Positions 59,260-64,000 of a DNA stretch of 64,000 bases are shown here, piece after piece. Source of the DNA: Iphione sp. A-MEVVRFRX5 (lineage: Eukaryota); NCBI GenBank assembly GCA_976226885.1, contig OZ320322.1:42222001-42286000 (forward strand), written 5' to 3'. The translations under genes and the position numbers were made by a program. The notes beneath the pieces are model-generated. The model worked only from the letters and a program-made list of their open reading frames with translations, was not told the DNA's origin and made no database searches. Within the stretch, counting starts at the first letter, position 1; each line of letters opens with the position of its first letter.

Positions 59260-62200
59260 TGGTGGGGGAGTAGGGCTAATCCTGATGTACGGATGAACGA
59301 TCCCTTTCTTTGTGGTGCCACTTTCCACACATTATTCGGCCTTATCGTAGAGCTGGCAGCCCTGGGCTTGTTTATGATACCGTTGTCAAGTATGCAGAGG
59401 GCTGTGCCTTCTAAAGGCAAGGAAGCCAAGTCACTTGGGTTTCAGGTTGAGGCGGGTTTGGAATTACACCGAGTGAGACTTCTTCACAAACTCAACCAGG
59501 CATGGTGTAAACCATTATGTTCACCATCTGAGATAAGCTCTCTCGACAGTATTCGTTTCTAGTAGTCTATTATCTTTCAAATTGATCGGTATCAAACATA
59601 TTGTTAGCCTATGGAAAATGAAGACATTTTGGTCATGAGGAATGATTCAGTGTTTTAAAGCAGATCGCCCTTTCACTCATCAACTACACCAACTTTACCA
59701 ACCGGACATGATAGTGTTTATGGGGGAATTTCCCTTGTTATTTAAGTCAATAATGGCAACATCTGTGGGCATGATTGGTTATAACTCCCGGAAATACAAA
59801 GGCCCTACGCGAATCGCTTATTATTCCGGTGTTTCTCAAACGTCCGGGATTAAAAAGCTGCTGTTTTAGTGAATCTGCACAGTGTCGACCAACGTCCAAA
59901 CGCTCACAGGTAAGCTTTCATGCAACAAAGCCCATGAGGGCGTGCTGTGCAGACCCCACGCTGTGGGCGCAGCGTTTCACGTCGGGGACAAGCCTTATTA
60001 AGTTGTCAAACCCAGGCCCAGTCCCATAAACCCTGCAATACAACAGCAGCAAAACGACCACAGATAACCTGCAGGTCCTCATAGGCTCAGCAACCATAAT
60101 TTGGAAAATGCACGGCTCCTCTTTTTGTCCGACAAAGTGAACTTCGACCCAAACCTTCAACAATGCGTATTTTTCAGTTTCGTAGACCATTCAGGAAAAT
60201 ATAATTTCGTATGTTGAAAGCGTTTCCGCTTTGGATTTGTTTTGGAAGCAGTTGACTTTAAAAACAGTCTTTAGCTTCGTCGGGGTCGTTGGGTAAGTGA
60301 AACCTGATCGTTTAATGATGGTTGCTGTCTTAGCTCCGAAGTTGATTCACTTGTATGCCTGCGTCACCATAGATCTTGGTGTTCGTCCGCCCCTTTCCCT
60401 TTGCTATGCTTGAACACCTCTGCTCGTCTCTGCACTGTATAAACCTAATGACTACGTCGCAATACTGTGTATAAAATCTATACATTCCTTACCACAGGTG
60501 CGAGTGATTATTGGCAATTGAATGCAATTGGCTCCCACTCTCCCATGGTCATATTCATCTTTTTCAAGGGGAAAAAGGGCCATCACTTTTGCCTTTACTG
60601 CCAATTGAAATGGTAACGCGTGTAAAGAGAGTTTTTTTCTTCAAATCGTCCAACCTTATCCTTTATGCGCTGTGAGGCTTAGAATATATGACCTAGGGAT
60701 GTCCTGAATCGCCAGATACCCTTTTCATTTTCTGCCCCGTACAGCCAAACTATGTGACGCAAACTTACCGCGCTTTGACCCTTGCTAAATGAATTAACCC
60801 GCAGGTAGCGGGGGTGTATCAGGCCCAGGACTCGTAGCAGTAGGGGGCTCAGCAGGGCGAGTCGTACATGCTCGACAGGGCACTGGAACAAGATGAGGGC
60901 ACCTCAGCCTGTCAATGATAAATGAGAGGAGAAGCGTCCGTACTGGGAGCCATAACTTGGGACCTGGCCGCGGGGTGGCCAGGCCTCGGGCGCGGCAGGT
61001 ATGAAGTTCAGGACACCAACCACCTTGGTGCTGAATGATAAATGTCACGCGCCGGAGGGCCATTGCGACCTGCCGCTCTCCTTCTCTCCCCTTTCACTAC
61101 GTGCAGAATACATGGCTGTCTGGCCCTGCAGGTCACCTTCAACAGCCTCTGGCATGGGACCTACAGCGTGTGAGTAATGAGTGTCAATTAGTAAAGCGCC
61201 CTTCAGTCTCACCTACGAATGGAAAGGCCATGCACAAGAAGATAAAAAATACCCTTATGTTCCCACTCTCATGGCACTACATAGTTTCTCCCTTACCTTT
61301 CACCTTAGCTAAGATACATAGCTTCTACTAAGGAGATGATCCTCCCATACTGGTTGTTATGCTAAATACTATATTCTTTTCATCTGAAACTGTAAAGTTC
61401 AATTTTAGGCGGATGGTTTAGTTGTAAGACTATAAAGGGTCCCGATGTTTCTTGTCTTCTACTATGACCTTAGATTGGTTCCTAGGAGGATGTGTCGACC
61501 CTGGCACTTTTGACAAATAGTTCACTGTAACTAGCATTTAAATAGGTGCGATATACCAGTTCTGTCGTCTGCCACCACCACCCACCCACCCTAAAAAAAC
61601 TTAGTTCTCTCTCAACGCTAGCTTTCCTCGTTTTGATAAATATAACGGTTGCGTTATAAGGCTGTATATACATAATACATGTATACTCTATTCAGTCCGT
61701 TGCTAGGGAGAATAACTTGATTTAAGGGACGTTTGATATCTCGACACGGTCATATTGACAAAGTGCTGCATAACTGTGTCCACAACTGTCTTTCTAACCA
61801 CCTTGTAAGACACAGCCGCTCTCTCCCGATGTCTCCCAGGCCCCCTGGCCTCTCAGTAACCATGGAGCGGGGCAAATTCCGCCATGGCGGGACGTCCGTA
61901 CCTCCGTATCAGGAGAGCTCCACCACAGCCGCACGGAATTCTGGGAATGATTGCATGTCTACGAGGCTGATACGGCGCGATGCGGTTGCCCTTTCGGTGG
62001 TAGGGGAACAGATGTATCAATGGAAGCTGTAATTTCTACCAAATTCTGCAAAGTCTACGAATGTCTTGTCACTTTTGTGGGTGATCTTTTTTCCGGGCTT
62101 GCCCTGTCTTGAAAATATCACCTTATCATTTCCCTCGCCGGTTCCACCCAATTTTTCATACAGAAAAGTGAAGCTGTCTTAAAGCAGAAAGGTCGTTTCA

Positions 62201-64000
62201 ACAGCCACACCATGTTGCTATTAGCAGTATTTTAGCTGCCAAGCGATATGCCATATGGTGCCGAAGCAGGAGTTCATACAAACCTTCCGAAGCCAGTACA
62301 TTTGAACAAGGTTTGAAAAAAAGAGTCATATCCGGTGGTTATGTTATAATTCAGGATGCTGTAAAGGAACCCTTATTGCAAAGAGCTTCCTTGATCTGAT
62401 CCTGGCAATATCTGTTGTTTGAAAAAGTCATCGCATCTATTTCCCAAGCTTTCATGCTGTGAACAATCCTGCTTCCATGTTGAGACCTTACCTTCTGTTT
62501 GATCCCAGTGAGGACATGTGGTCTGCTGGGAACTATTAGCGTGTTGATCTAAGAAGCAGGTGCTCAGAGGTAAAACGAGGGAGGGTGGTGATCTTATGAC
62601 TGACTCGTCTGCTTGCAACAGACAGACGGTGTTTTACAGAGAGAGAGAGAAAGAAAGAGAACAATATATATGTACAGAAATTCATATATACATATATGTA
62701 TGTATACATGTACTCATGATTCTAGATGTAGGAAGGAAACCATAGTAACCAGACACAGTTTCAAAGCGTCTGCCCTCGCAAATATGAAAGCCACTTTTAA
62801 TATACATATTGGATATCTTTTTTTATTATTGACAGGCAAAGCGCAGCACAGAAACTTGGGTAAGTCGGTCTAGGATATCGGTTGGATATATGGAGCCTAG
62901 GATTTTAAGAATTCACAGACGTTTACGTTGCACCGATTAGGGGATGATGACAAGGTACACGTAACATAAGTTAAGACATTTTAAAAACATATTTTTCCTT
63001 TCTATTAACACCACGTCAAGCCCTCCGTGTCTCTAATGTGTGCCTAATCTGTAACACGTTTGACCCTTCACGTGTAGAAGGGGTCGTGACTGTTAAGATG
63101 ACAACACCACTAGCGTGCCAATCATTAGGTCCTTGCTTGTCGTTCACCTGTAATCACCAGACGGCTACAGTTGGTGCCAACCTGTTTATTGTTCACCGAA
63201 ATTGACCAGCACCAAACGTGGCCGAGCGTGTTATTCTTGGTGGCGGTGAACCACGTTTGACGCATACACGCAAGGTGAGCGATATTAAGGCGACAGGGGC
63301 GTGAGGGGCGGGGCGGGGGGGGCGGAGACAGGAACGCTGGGAGGGCGCGAAGATCGAGACGAAACCGGAACCAGATCGGACGCTGATGGCTTTCACCTTC
63401 AACCTGCAAATCATGCAAATATCGCCAATGGCTACCTTCCGCCTGTGAAGCCGTCGGCGACTAACGAGATGGGCCTGTGAAAACGTTGGCGGCGCGATGG
63501 GCAGCGCGGCGTCGGCGTTTACTCAGATGGAGGCGCCGGGCGCCGGCTGTTTTCGCGCTGGCCGCGCTGGAAGCACTCAGCGATCGTGCGTCTTTTTTCT
63601 TTTTTGTTACGGCGCGCGCACCTGGTCTCAATTTGGGGAGTAGTTATTTTCTCATAGAACAAGCGCTGGGAGTCATCAGCGCGCTCAGACCGACTGGCGG
63701 GTGCTACAATGCCACTTCGGTTTACAGATCACACATCAAACGATACCACTGATCCCTACAACTCTCGATTCACAAAAGGTTAGGCGCGGGGGCGCTGCTG
63801 TGCCAATGCCATTTCGGGATAGGACCGGCAAATTCCACCGGCCGACTTAATCAACAGCGGGTCGAGAACAAAGGCGACGGACATGTGAGAAATCTATCAA
63901 ACCTCCGCATCTACACCCATGCACCCATGTATATATCGAATGGTTTACATGTATTTCATTTCGATATGTCGGTGTAAACTATTAGATATCCGGTCCCGGA

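Overview
Eukaryotic (animal) genomic DNA. The host is probably a marine invertebrate bilaterian; this is inferred from an FGFRL1-type exon, CTCF-like sites and the repeat landscape, and the species cannot be identified here. The main feature is an apparently intact, recently inserted 23.9-kb Polinton/Maverick (adintovirus-like) element at 8136-32036. It has AGTAGT...ACTACT termini, short imperfect TIRs and a perfect 6-bp TSD (ACTACG). The intronless core on the + strand runs: protein-primed PolB, packaging ATPase, small conserved ORF, poly-Pro ORF, integrase with chromodomain, minimal penton, basic core protein, double-jelly-roll capsid, adenain protease. Unusual features: (1) PolB continues past its normal C-terminus into a NADAR-like domain (putative ADP-ribose/DNA glycohydrolase); (2) the PolB gene has four phase-0 GT-AG introns that add about 190 N-terminal residues and restore a zinc finger; (3) two paralogous BC-box/cullin-box proteins (putative E3-ligase adaptors) sit at opposite ends of the element; (4) two divergently transcribed LRR-cap/mucin type-I membrane proteins have predicted spliced cytoplasmic tails; (5) three CDE/CHR-E2F-like cell-cycle elements and a Pol III-like A/B box lie near the left end. 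All splicing and domain calls were made by eye and need RNA-seq/HMM confirmation. Outside the element: MITE-like inserts, microsatellites, a CTCF-like motif cluster, a decayed LINE endonuclease fragment, largely unannotatable non-coding DNA (32-57 kb and 58-64 kb), and one clear host exon encoding Ig domain 1 of an FGFRL1-like receptor (57776-58048). One assembly gap (142 N) lies at 31662-31803.
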